Source: Blepharisma stoltei ATCC 30299
Taxonomy: Eukaryota; Protista; Ciliophora
Reading direction: 5' to 3'
Length of the DNA: 64,000 bases
Assembly (NCBI GenBank): GCA_965603825.1
Contig: CBFDEM010000062.1
Location: forward strand, 372,001-436,000
Shown: in pieces, positions 9,374-18,813 of the stretch
Layout of the letters: each line of letters begins with the position of its first letter
Position numbering within the stretch: position 1 is the stretch's first letter
Notes under the pieces: model-generated
Databases searched by the model: none
What the model was told of the DNA's origin: nothing
What the model saw: only the letters and a program-made list of their open reading frames with translations
Translations under genes and position numbers: made by a program

Positions 9374-10207
9374 ATGTTGTCGAGGATCCTGAGAAACTTT
9401 GCTACCGAAAGAGTTGCATATAAACCAAAATACTTCAGCCAAGATCAAATAGACTTCTATAACAGAGAAGGCTTCGTTGTAGCTAAGCAAGTCCTACCAA
9501 GATCTATCACCGACAACCTACAAAAGTGGGCGAAAGAAATGGAGGATCTCCCAGAGACTCCAGGGAAGTGGATGAAATACTTCGAAGTTACTAAAGGACA
9601 GAGACTTTTATGTCGTGTCGAGAACTTCCTTCCATTTTTCCCTGAACTCAGAGAGATCTCCTACGGGATGGTTACCGATATGAGTTCTGACTTGTTTGGA
9701 GAACAAGCTGTCATCTATAAAGAAAAAATTAACTTCAAGTTCCCACAAGGAAGCGGCTTCGCTGCTCACCAAGATCAGCCAGCCTTTGTAAGCTTCGGTT
9801 GCAAGAAACTGTTGACCGTCTTACTTCCAATTGACGCCAACACCAGACAATCAGGAGGTCTTGATTTCGTTCGCCAACATCATATCCCGGCCGAAATTCT
9901 TCCTCAAAACTCCGACGGCTCACTCCGCACAGACATTGAGGCCAAGCTTAACTGGATTCCTCTTGATGCCCATGGTGGTGACTTGGTCTTTTTTGACAGC
10001 TATGCTCCACACAGAAGTGATGTGAACACATCCGCATCTACAAGAAGAAACTTGTATCTTACTTATAACCCTCTATCACATGGGTCTTGGAGAGACAAGT
10101 ATTATGAGGAAAAGAGAAGAGTCTTCCCTCCAGAGTGTGAAAGGGACCCTACTAAAGACTACAGTGAAGGTGCTAAAGTTTTCAATGTGGCAAACCCTAT
10201 TAAGTAA
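9374..10207 (+). CDS. phnY: Fe(II)/2-oxoglutarate dioxygenase of the PhyH family, PhnY (2-aminoethylphosphonate dioxygenase)-like, with predicted mitochondrial presequence
   Basis: HQD...H...R metal/2OG motif. PGKWMKYFE, RLLCRVENF, KEKINFKFP.GSGF..HQD.PAF.SFG, FPPE.ER and terminal NPIK match PhnY as I recall it. N-terminus MLSRILRNFA. Confidence 0.75.
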   Translation: MLSRILRNFATERVAYKPKYFSQDQIDFYNREGFVVAKQVLPRSITDNLQKWAKEMEDLPETPGKWMKYFEVTKGQRLLCRVENFLPFFPELREISYGMVTDMSSDLFGEQAVIYKEKINFKFPQGSGFAAHQDQPAFVSFGCKKLLTVLLPIDANTRQSGGLDFVRQHHIPAEILPQNSDGSLRTDIEAKLNWIPLDAHGGDLVFFDSYAPHRSDVNTSASTRRNLYLTYNPLSHGSWRDKYYEEKRRVFPPECERDPTKDYSEGAKVFNVANPIK

Positions 10208-10297
10208 TAAGGTGTTTTCATTAATTGTCTTAAAATAATAGTAAAGCAAGAAAATATCTTATTTATTCATAAATTGATTAATGCTATCTTAAATTTA

Positions 10298-10921
10298 TTA
10301 TTTAAATCTTGGATTGAATTCTTGGGCATTGGGGTTCAATGAGGCTAGCCTCAAGCTGTTTGAGCTTGCTTCTGCTAAAGTTTGCTTAATTATTCCCAGT
10401 GGCTTTCTTTGAGAATTGAATACTTCAAGATAAGAGTCAATCAAATCCTTTTTAGCATCAATTCCAATACGGTTCATCTCATTCAAGTAAAATGAAGCCT
10501 GCGAAAAGTTCTTATCTTTAACTGATTGTTTTACAAGGCATGAATAATCATTTTCACTAGCCTCAATGGTTTTGCTCTTAAGTGTGGTTGAATTTTCATT
10601 GCATTCGATTTTCTTAAATTGCTTTTGCTTGTGTGAACTAATAAAATTTTCTTTATTCTTTTCTTCAAAATTCATTACATTTCTTTCTTTTCTCTGGTGT
10701 TTAAAGATCGGCTCTCTCATGATTTGTGCTTGATTTGAGGCTGGCTTTAGCTCTTTCAATGGCTGCCAGTCATTTGGCTTTTCTGTGCATGAGCTTTGAT
10801 ATGTAAGAAACATTTCTCTGGTGTATATGCGCTTTTTCGATGAGTTTTTCAATGAGATGCTTCTGAGATAAGCAATCAAAAAGAGAGAAAAGAAGAACAG
10901 ATAGGTTAAGGCCTGTATCAT
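10298..10921 (-). CDS. Uncharacterised signal-anchored protein with eIF4E-binding-like, PPR-like and PAM2 motifs
   Basis: N-terminal TM helix; KKRIYTREMFLTYQSSCTEKP; DYSCLVK...ASFYLNEMNRIGI; C-terminal SLNPNAQEFNP. Confidence 0.6.
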   Translation of the reverse strand: MIQALTYLFFFSLFLIAYLRSISLKNSSKKRIYTREMFLTYQSSCTEKPNDWQPLKELKPASNQAQIMREPIFKHQRKERNVMNFEEKNKENFISSHKQKQFKKIECNENSTTLKSKTIEASENDYSCLVKQSVKDKNFSQASFYLNEMNRIGIDAKKDLIDSYLEVFNSQRKPLGIIKQTLAEASSNSLRLASLNPNAQEFNPRFK

Positions 10922-10994
10922 TTTTTCAAATTTAAATATGGAAATTCATATTTAAATTTAACGTTAAATTTATAAGGGACTATATAATTTTTAT

Positions 10995-12716
10995 TTAATT
11001 TGGACATTCACTTTCTATGTGACCAAATCTTTGGCAAAGCTTGCATTTTGAACCTTTTGGACAATCGTCAGTTTGGTGAAGCTTGCTGCGGCAGTTTTTG
11101 CAGGAATGCTCAAATAAGACTTTTAATTGTGTATCGTTTGCTTTGGATTTGTTTCTGAGCTCTTTGTAGATATCAATAAGTACAAAGGCATCAAGTGATG
11201 CATAATGCATTTGGGCTAGCCTTAATGGCCTTCTTTCTCAATTAGACATTTGTTGAGCTTTACATAAGTGGGTATCCAATACAAGTTCGCAGAGTCCAGC
11301 AAGCCCACCTGGAATTTCATTGTAAATTTCCTTATAGTAATCCAAGAGATCAACATAATTGTTAATGCTACTTTTAAAGCATTCTGAGTTTCGATAACTT
11401 TTTTTCAAATTTTTCATATCACCATCAAATGCAATTCCAAGCTTCAAAATATTTGGATTTGAAAACATTTCAGTCAGCTTTGAATCTAAAGCGGGGCTTG
11501 AACCCAACTTAATCATATCTATCAAATATACTCTGTCTTCAAACCCTATTTGTAATAGCGCAACTTGAGGATTGATATTTACTAAAGTTGGCTTTCACTC
11601 GCTATCTAATCCAACAATCTCACCCTGCAAATTTATTTCAAGGAGCAGCTCCTCGCTATCAATAAAGAAAATACTGTCCTGAGAAAGCCTCAGAGATAAA
11701 CTTATTTCAGGCTGTAAAGGGCCAAAATAATCTGGTAATCGGTTTTTATTGGGCAGAATTTGTGTTAAATCTCGATATACTTCTTGGCTTAATAAAGGCG
11801 CAACTTCTGGATAGGCATCTACCAGATTTGCTGCAGCTTGACCCATTCACAATGCGTTTTCCTTTTTAGAATCAGTTGCCAAACTTTCGATCATAATCTT
11901 CAAGAGATCAGTTTCAGTTGAAGCAATCTCTGCTAAATTATAAATTCCTACTTTACCACTCATTATATGGTATCTCAGTGATCTCTTTTTCATATACATA
12001 ACAAGATCAGGGAAGTCTTCATGATTAAGTCCGCTGTCACTAACAATATCTGCTGCATGCTTTAGAAGTTCCCGATGAGGTATCATTGAATTAACAGCCT
12101 TTTTAGCAAGTTCTGAGTCTTTTGAAACAAAAGTCTTGATAAGCTCAGGCTTTCCTTTATCTATTAGCGTAAAAATAACATTTTCTTCATTTTCTAGTCG
12201 GCTCTGATTAAAAAATACTGAAAAATTAAATTCTCTGCAGAGCTTAATTGCTTTTGCTATATTGCCATTCCTCCACATATTTGCTGCATGGCTAAAAATT
12301 CTATGTTAAAAATACTCTGATGCAGGTACATCCATGTTGTATGAATGAAATAAAGTTCCTAAGCAATCTGGCTCGATTTCTCTTCACATCTTTACTACGA
12401 TATTCATAAGCAAATCTTGACTATAATCACCTGATGGTGGAATTTCTGATAGAGCCTGAAGCAATCTCATTGAAATTATAGGAGGAGCATTTACTGAAGA
12501 TAACGCTTGGAGAACTAACGCAATCTTTTGGCACGTGTCAGCTCCTATAAGAGGTAAAGTTTTTCTAAATGAAATTGTCATATTAGGAAGAGAAATAGTT
12601 TTGGATCGGAGAGTCTGGTTCAAAAATCTAGCAACTTCAAGAGAGTCTTCATTAACTAAGTAGTAATTACTTTTTAATAAAAATTCAGATTCAAAATCAT
12701 TAAGATCATCTACCAT
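10995..12716 (-). CDS. Mut-7/EXD3/Nibbler-like DEDDy 3'-5' exonuclease with two C-terminal CCHC zinc knuckles; one intron
   Basis: Five ORF fragments joined by four TGA=Trp codons and intron 12301-12315. VGLDSE[W]KP, VALLQI, KLGIAFDGD, QQMSN[W]ERRPLRLAQMHYASLDA; CKNCRSKLHQTDDC and CKLCQRFGHIESEC. Confidence 0.85.
12301..12315 (-). other. 15-nt intron
   Basis: gtatttttaacatag; contains in-frame TAA. Confidence 0.85.
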
Positions 12717-13000
12717 CTTAAGAAGTCTTAAAAATTGTGATAATTCATATTGAAGCTAAAAAAATAAAGAGATTTTAAGTATATACTTGAAAAATAAAAT
12801 TTAATTTTTATACTCTCTAAAAGTTATCGCCAATTCGCCAACTTATTCACCGAAAGTTCTAATCATATTATTTTGAAATTTCGTTCAAAGATAAACTTTT
12901 ACAATGAAATACTCAAAAGTGAAAAAAATGTTGGGTTCGTTTTAATTAAAATTTAAATTCAAGTTTAAATATCTGATAATTTCTTAAATAAGTTTAGATT

Positions 13001-13846
13001 CTATAAAGAGCGCACCTTTTTTGCTTTACAAAAAATATTTTTAGAGTCATTTCTTGTAAGAAAATCCATAGTTATGATAGGTGAAAGTACATTAACATCA
13101 AAATCTGGATGAAAAGCTGGATATTCCATTTCTTCAGTCTCAAAACCATTTTCTTCTAAGACCTGCTGAATCTGTTCCCTTGAGTAGACAATTGGATGAA
13201 TCGTGAATTTCAATTCATTTGTTTCAATATCATAAAATCCTCCTTCAACTACAGGCAGGCCGTTATTTTCTCTCATACTAATCAGTCTAAATGGTGAATT
13301 TTTGGTCTTTTCTTGATATTCTGCGAACTCCAAAGCAATCCTGGGATTTAAGGTTATCAACGCTATGTTGCCATTGTCTTTTAGATATCTGTTGCAAAGA
13401 CGAAAGAATTCACTTAATTCTCTTTCACTTTCTGCATAGCAAATCAAAAAGATAGAAGAAATTGCGTCAAAGTAGTGAGCATATTTCTCAATAGGCATAA
13501 TTTCGTTCATATTTTCAATGGAAAAACAATTAGCTTTTTCAAATGCAAAGCGCGAGTACCAGTCTTCTCTGGTAAAAAGCCTATCGTTTGCATCATCAAT
13601 CATTTTCTGAGAAATATCGACACCAACTGCTTTTTCAGCGCCCTTTTCAATCATATGAGCCACAAGATCTCCTGATCCACAGCCAAGATCCATTATCCTC
13701 ATGTTTTGCAGGCAAGATTCTGAATATTCTTTATTAATTGATATCCCTTTTATGATAGTATATTCTTCGTAATAGCAGCGCCAGCCACTTTTCCAGAGTT
13801 CATTGAATTTTGTGTGATTTGCATCATACACTTCTTCGCTTTCCAT
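13001..13846 (-). CDS. Class I SAM-dependent methyltransferase
   Basis: IMDLGCGSG motif I, VGVDISQKMI motif II, FDAI, LKDNG. Confidence 0.88.
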   Translation of the reverse strand: MESEEVYDANHTKFNELWKSGWRCYYEEYTIIKGISINKEYSESCLQNMRIMDLGCGSGDLVAHMIEKGAEKAVGVDISQKMIDDANDRLFTREDWYSRFAFEKANCFSIENMNEIMPIEKYAHYFDAISSIFLICYAESERELSEFFRLCNRYLKDNGNIALITLNPRIALEFAEYQEKTKNSPFRLISMRENNGLPVVEGGFYDIETNELKFTIHPIVYSREQIQQVLEENGFETEEMEYPAFHPDFDVNVLSPIITMDFLTRNDSKNIFCKAKKVRSL

Positions 13847-13953
13847 TTTCTATTAATCTCCAATAGTTTTTTGAAACTCGTAATCAAAATGTCTAATTTT
13901 TATCTATAAATTGCACATAATAAATTAAATCATCAAGTATTCTTTATAACTAA

Positions 13954-14907
13954 TTAAATTTTAAGGATATAACTGAGCTTAGGATATTTTGAAGTCAGTC
14001 CCATGACTGTTTTATTTGTTCTTATAGATGGACCAAAATCATATAAAACTGTTCTAGCAGCATACATATAAAGTTGCTTCCAGCTCACAGGCATATAAGC
14101 AACTTTGCCAAGAGCTTTACAGCAATTTAATGCGCACTCTCCTGCAGAAATTAAATATGGCCTTATTTTAATATGCCGGCTCATAGGAGAATCCACAAAG
14201 CCAGGCTTGACAACTAATACATCTATAGTGGCAGGTTTTCCCCTGCACAAATATTTGACTTCTTCATTAATAATAAGTGAAAAGTTATCAATAAAACCTT
14301 TTCCAGAAGAATATAAGGAAAACCAAGGTCCAGGAAAGCAGGATCCAAGAGAACTCACATTGATAAATGCGCTTCTATTCTTCCTTTCCAATAGCCTAGG
14401 CAAAAATAGTTTTGTTATAAAAACCACTGGAAATATGTTTAAAGAATTTGCCAAATACACTTCGTTTTCTGGGTAACTGCAAAAATAAGTTGGAACTGGG
14501 CCAAATCCAACATTATTAACAATTATGCTTATGTCCAAGTCGTTTGTTTTTTCTCTTAAGTCTTGAAAGAAGTCGATTGGAGATTTCGAGGCAAGGGAAA
14601 AGTCTTTAGAAAAAATTCTGGTTTTGATTGGATATTTTTCTTCTAGTGACTGAGCTGACTTTTCTAGTTTTTCTTGATTTCTTGCTATAAGAATAATGTT
14701 GAAACCTTGAGAAGCCAAGTACTCTGCGAAGCCAAAACCTATTCCGTCAGAAGATCCTGTGACTAGTGCTCAGCTTCCTCTGCCATATAGAGACAAATCT
14801 GTATTAGAAGTTAAAGCTCTTGCGCAATAAGAAATTCTGAGAATTCAGCATATCACTGCATATAATCCACATAAGAAAAGTATATAAGTGATTCATTCCT
14901 CCAACAT
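13954..14907 (-). CDS. SDR, very-long-chain 3-oxoacyl-CoA reductase / 17-beta-HSD12-like
   Basis: ATG 14907, N-terminal TM, YGRGS[TGA=W]ALVTGSSDGIG, IVNNVG, YSSGK catalytic motif. Confidence 0.85.
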
Positions 14908-14981
14908 TATAATTATAGATAATAAATAATGAAAATATTCACAATCAAAATTAATCACTTGAAACTAGTTTTCGATAAAAA

Positions 14982-15584
14982 TTATTTATTTTCTAAAGTG
15001 ACCACTCTGTAGGCTTCATTTTCTCTTTCAAACCACCTTCATTGGAATACTTCAGTGCTTAAACCATCATAAAAATTTGGAACAGCTAATAAGTGATTTG
15101 GAGTGATAAATCTTCTTAATGGAAAAAGCAATTTCGGAACTGAATTTTGCAAGTTTTCAATTGTCACAACCTTTAATCTGTATCCTGAGTCTGTCTCAAA
15201 ATATCGCCAGCAAAAGAAGCAAGTTTCTATTCCTTCATAAAAATCATCTTTTGCTATTAAATCAACAGGCCGAAATCTTGGTGGGCCTAAGCAAATGGCT
15301 TCGTTTTGATTTTCAATAGTTAAAACTTTAAATCTATAATCTTCTCTCTGCAATCACTTTCAATTAAAATATGAATTTTGGAGACCGTCACTATAGCCGT
15401 TGATTGATTCAAGATCATATGGAGCTACACTTTTTAAATCAGGCATATTATCAGCAGCATTTAATGTTTTTAGTTTTTCATTCATTACAATAAATTCCAG
15501 AGTTCTGAGGTTTTCTTCAGGGACATTTTGGAGCAATGAAAAATATTTCCTTCTTAGTTCAGATGCACAATTTCTCTCAACCAT
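14982..15584 (-). CDS. Hypothetical ~200-aa protein with three internal repeats
   Basis: Two ORFs joined by TGA=Trp; repeat core (F/Y)x(D/E)G(L/I)...F.W.(W/Y)(F/L)....(K/R)V(V/L)T(I/L)EN occurs three times; ends TAA at 14982. Confidence 0.75.
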
Positions 15585-15800
15585 AATTTATCTCTAATAA
15601 AAAAGTCAGCTTCATACGAAACATAAACTGTGAGGGTTAGCCAATTATATTAAAATATTGAGTGCCAAATCAAGCATTAATTTAAATAATAATGTATTAT
15701 TTAATTTTGAAATTCTTTACTATATCTATTAAAGAACTGCTAAATACATAGCAAATAATAATCTTTTATACTCTCTTAATCGACATATTTTCAACATAAA

Positions 15801-18728
15801 ATGTTGGGTGTGAGGCGTTTAAACTTCATCAGGAAATTCGCCACAAAAAATCAACAATACTTCGTTGATCTTCACCCTTTAGCTCCGTCAAACCTATTAA
15901 TTGATCGCCATATGGGTCCAAGTTCATCAGAACGAGAAAAAATGCTTGCAGAAATCGGATGTAAATCAATGGATGAATTAATTGAGAAAACCCTGCCTCC
16001 CAAGCTCCCCAGAAATAAGCTCCCTGATTGGCCTGTGAAGACTGAACAGGACATTATAGGAGAACTCTATAACTTATCAAAGGAAAACACAGTAGCAAAA
16101 AATTATCTGGGTGGTGGCTATTACGGAACTTACACTCCTCCAGTCATATTGCGAAATGTCCTGTCAAACCCTGCTTGGTACACTTCCTACACTCCTTATC
16201 AAGCTGAAATCTCACAAGGAAGACTTGAGGCATTGCTCATCTACCAAACAATGGTGAGCAGCTTAACTGGGTTGCCAATAGGCAATGCTTCGCTGCTCGA
16301 TGAAGGGACAGCTGGTGCAGAAGCAATGACAATGAGCTATACCATTCACAATAGAAAGAAAACCCACTTTTTGGTGTCAAATAAGGTTTTCCCTCAGACA
16401 ATTGCGTGCATTCAAACAAGAGCTGAACCGTTAGGAATCACAGTCCACGTTGGTGATGTAGAAAGTTTTGATTTGGCCAAGTTCCCATTGTGTGGAGTAC
16501 TGGTTCAATCTCCAGATCTTTTAGGGGAAATTAAAGATTTTTCTGCTTTTTCAAGCAAGGTACACGAGGCTGGAGCTACCTTTATTATGGGATCTGATCT
16601 TTTATCTTTGTGCATTATGAAGAGCCCTGGAGAAATGGGTGCCGATATTTCTTATGGAAGTTCTCAAAGATTCGGAGTTCCTATGGGCTATGGAGGACCA
16701 TATGCAGCGTTTTTCAGCGCAAAAGAAGAAGACATCCGCAAAATGCCAGGAAGAATTATAGGAGTCAGTATTGATAAAAACGGGCAAACTGCTTATAGAA
16801 TGACTATGCAGACAAGAGAACAGCATATAAGAAGAGAAAAAGCTACAAGCAATATTTGCACTGCCCAAGCATTATTGGCAAATATGGCAGGACTTTACTC
16901 AGTCTATCATGGAGCTGAAGGAATGAAGATGATTGCTAGTAGAGTTCATGCCTTAAGTAGCATCTTGAAGCAAAACCTTCAAGACCTTGGCTACAAAGTT
17001 CCGACTCTTAATCATTTTGATACAATCAGTGTAAGTGGAATTGATGCTGCCAAATTAGTCGAAACTTTTGAGAAAAATGGAATTAACATAAGAAAAATAA
17101 GGAACGACACTGTATCTCTATCTTTCGACGAAACAACGACCCCAGATGATGTTAACACACTTGTGAGTATTTTTGCAAGCCTCAAAGGAACTAATAAAAA
17201 CATATGTGCAGTTGATCAATATAACAAATCAGCACCTGAATTCCCAAGCACCCTTAAAAGAGAATCTGCTATTCTAACTCACCCAATCTTTAACTCAATC
17301 CACTCAGAGCATCAAATGCTTAGATATTTGTACAGACTTCAACGCAAAGACATTAGCCTTGCAAACTCCATGATTCCACTTGGATCATGCACAATGAAGC
17401 TTAATGCCACTTGTGAAATGATCCCGATCACCTTTGAAGGGTTCAACGTTCATCCTCATGCACCTCTCAAGCAAGTCCAAGGCTATCAAAAGCTAATTGG
17501 TGGACTAAGAAACAAATTGTGCGCTATCACTGGCTTCGATGAAATCTCATTCCAGTCAAACAGTGGTGCTCAAGGAGAATATTCAGGCTTAATTACCATT
17601 AGAAATTATCTTAAAAGCACAAATAACGCAAAAAGGACTGCTTGCTTAATTCCGAACTCAGCTCACGGCACAAACCCTGCTTCAGCTGCAATGGCTGGGA
17701 TGAACATTATTAAGGTTGAGTGCGACAAGAAAGGAAATATTTCTATTGATGACCTTAAACAAAAGGCCCAACAGTTTAAAGATGAGCTTGCATGCTTAAT
17801 GGCTACTTACCCGTCAACTCATGGAGTATTTGAAGAAGAAATTGTGGAAGCTTGCGAAATTATCCATCATTATGGAGGACAAGTATATATGGATGGAGCA
17901 AATATGAATGCTCAAGTGGGGCTTACTTCTCCTGGGCATATTGGAGCTGATGTATGCCACTTGAACTTACATAAAACTTTTGCTATCCCTCACGGAGGTG
18001 GTGGTCCTGGAATGGGGCCAATTGGAGTTAAGAAGCATCTAGCCCCGTTCTTGCCAAGAGATGTGGTCTTAGGACTAGGCGGCCAAGGAGGCCAGATTTC
18101 TTCTTCTCATTTTGCATCTGCCTCTATTCTCCCTATTTCATGGGCATATATAGAAGCATTGGGAGGCAATGGCTTGGCTGAGGCATCAAAACACGCAATT
18201 CTAAACGCAAACTATATTAGAAAAAGACTAGAAAAATACTACGGAATCGTTTATACTGGTGACCAAGGCATGTGCGCACACGAAATGCTTGTTGATCTGA
18301 GACCATTTAAAGTCACTGCAAACATCACTGAAGAAGACATTGCTAAAAGACTAATGGACTATGGATTCCATGCTCCTACAATGTCATTCCCAATACATGG
18401 CACTTTGATGATTGAGCCTACAGAGTCAGAAGATAAAGGAGAGCTTGACAGACTTATCGATGCTTTGATCAAAATCAGAGAAGAAATCCATGAAATTGAG
18501 ACAGGAAGTGCTGATAAGAACAATAATGTCCTCAAAAACGCTCCACATTCCTTAGATGAAGTTATATCAGTCAACTGGGACAAGCCATACTCAAGGGAAA
18601 AGGCAGGATTCCCATTGCCTTGGGTTAGAACAAGAGGAAAATTCTGGCCAACAGTAGCAAGAGTAGACAATGTTTGGGGTGATAAGCATCCTTCCACTGT
18701 ACTTCCAGAAATTGACTTCCATCTTTAA
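15801..18728 (+). CDS. GLDC: Glycine dehydrogenase (decarboxylating), glycine cleavage P-protein, mitochondrial
   Basis: YTPYQAEISQGRLE, REKATSNICTAQALLA, MIPLGSCTMKLN, PLP lysine motif HLNLHKTF.IPHGGGGPG; N-terminal presequence. Confidence 0.98.
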   Translation: MLGVRRLNFIRKFATKNQQYFVDLHPLAPSNLLIDRHMGPSSSEREKMLAEIGCKSMDELIEKTLPPKLPRNKLPDWPVKTEQDIIGELYNLSKENTVAKNYLGGGYYGTYTPPVILRNVLSNPAWYTSYTPYQAEISQGRLEALLIYQTMVSSLTGLPIGNASLLDEGTAGAEAMTMSYTIHNRKKTHFLVSNKVFPQTIACIQTRAEPLGITVHVGDVESFDLAKFPLCGVLVQSPDLLGEIKDFSAFSSKVHEAGATFIMGSDLLSLCIMKSPGEMGADISYGSSQRFGVPMGYGGPYAAFFSAKEEDIRKMPGRIIGVSIDKNGQTAYRMTMQTREQHIRREKATSNICTAQALLANMAGLYSVYHGAEGMKMIASRVHALSSILKQNLQDLGYKVPTLNHFDTISVSGIDAAKLVETFEKNGINIRKIRNDTVSLSFDETTTPDDVNTLVSIFASLKGTNKNICAVDQYNKSAPEFPSTLKRESAILTHPIFNSIHSEHQMLRYLYRLQRKDISLANSMIPLGSCTMKLNATCEMIPITFEGFNVHPHAPLKQVQGYQKLIGGLRNKLCAITGFDEISFQSNSGAQGEYSGLITIRNYLKSTNNAKRTACLIPNSAHGTNPASAAMAGMNIIKVECDKKGNISIDDLKQKAQQFKDELACLMATYPSTHGVFEEEIVEACEIIHHYGGQVYMDGANMNAQVGLTSPGHIGADVCHLNLHKTFAIPHGGGGPGMGPIGVKKHLAPFLPRDVVLGLGGQGGQISSSHFASASILPISWAYIEALGGNGLAEASKHAILNANYIRKRLEKYYGIVYTGDQGMCAHEMLVDLRPFKVTANITEEDIAKRLMDYGFHAPTMSFPIHGTLMIEPTESEDKGELDRLIDALIKIREEIHEIETGSADKNNNVLKNAPHSLDEVISVNWDKPYSREKAGFPLPWVRTRGKFWPTVARVDNVWGDKHPSTVLPEIDFHL

Positions 18729-18813
18729 GCTTTAACATAGTTTTAACAATTCGCTTTAGATTAATTTTTATTATTTCATATTAAGAATGCTATTTGATTT
18801 ATGTGTTATTAGG

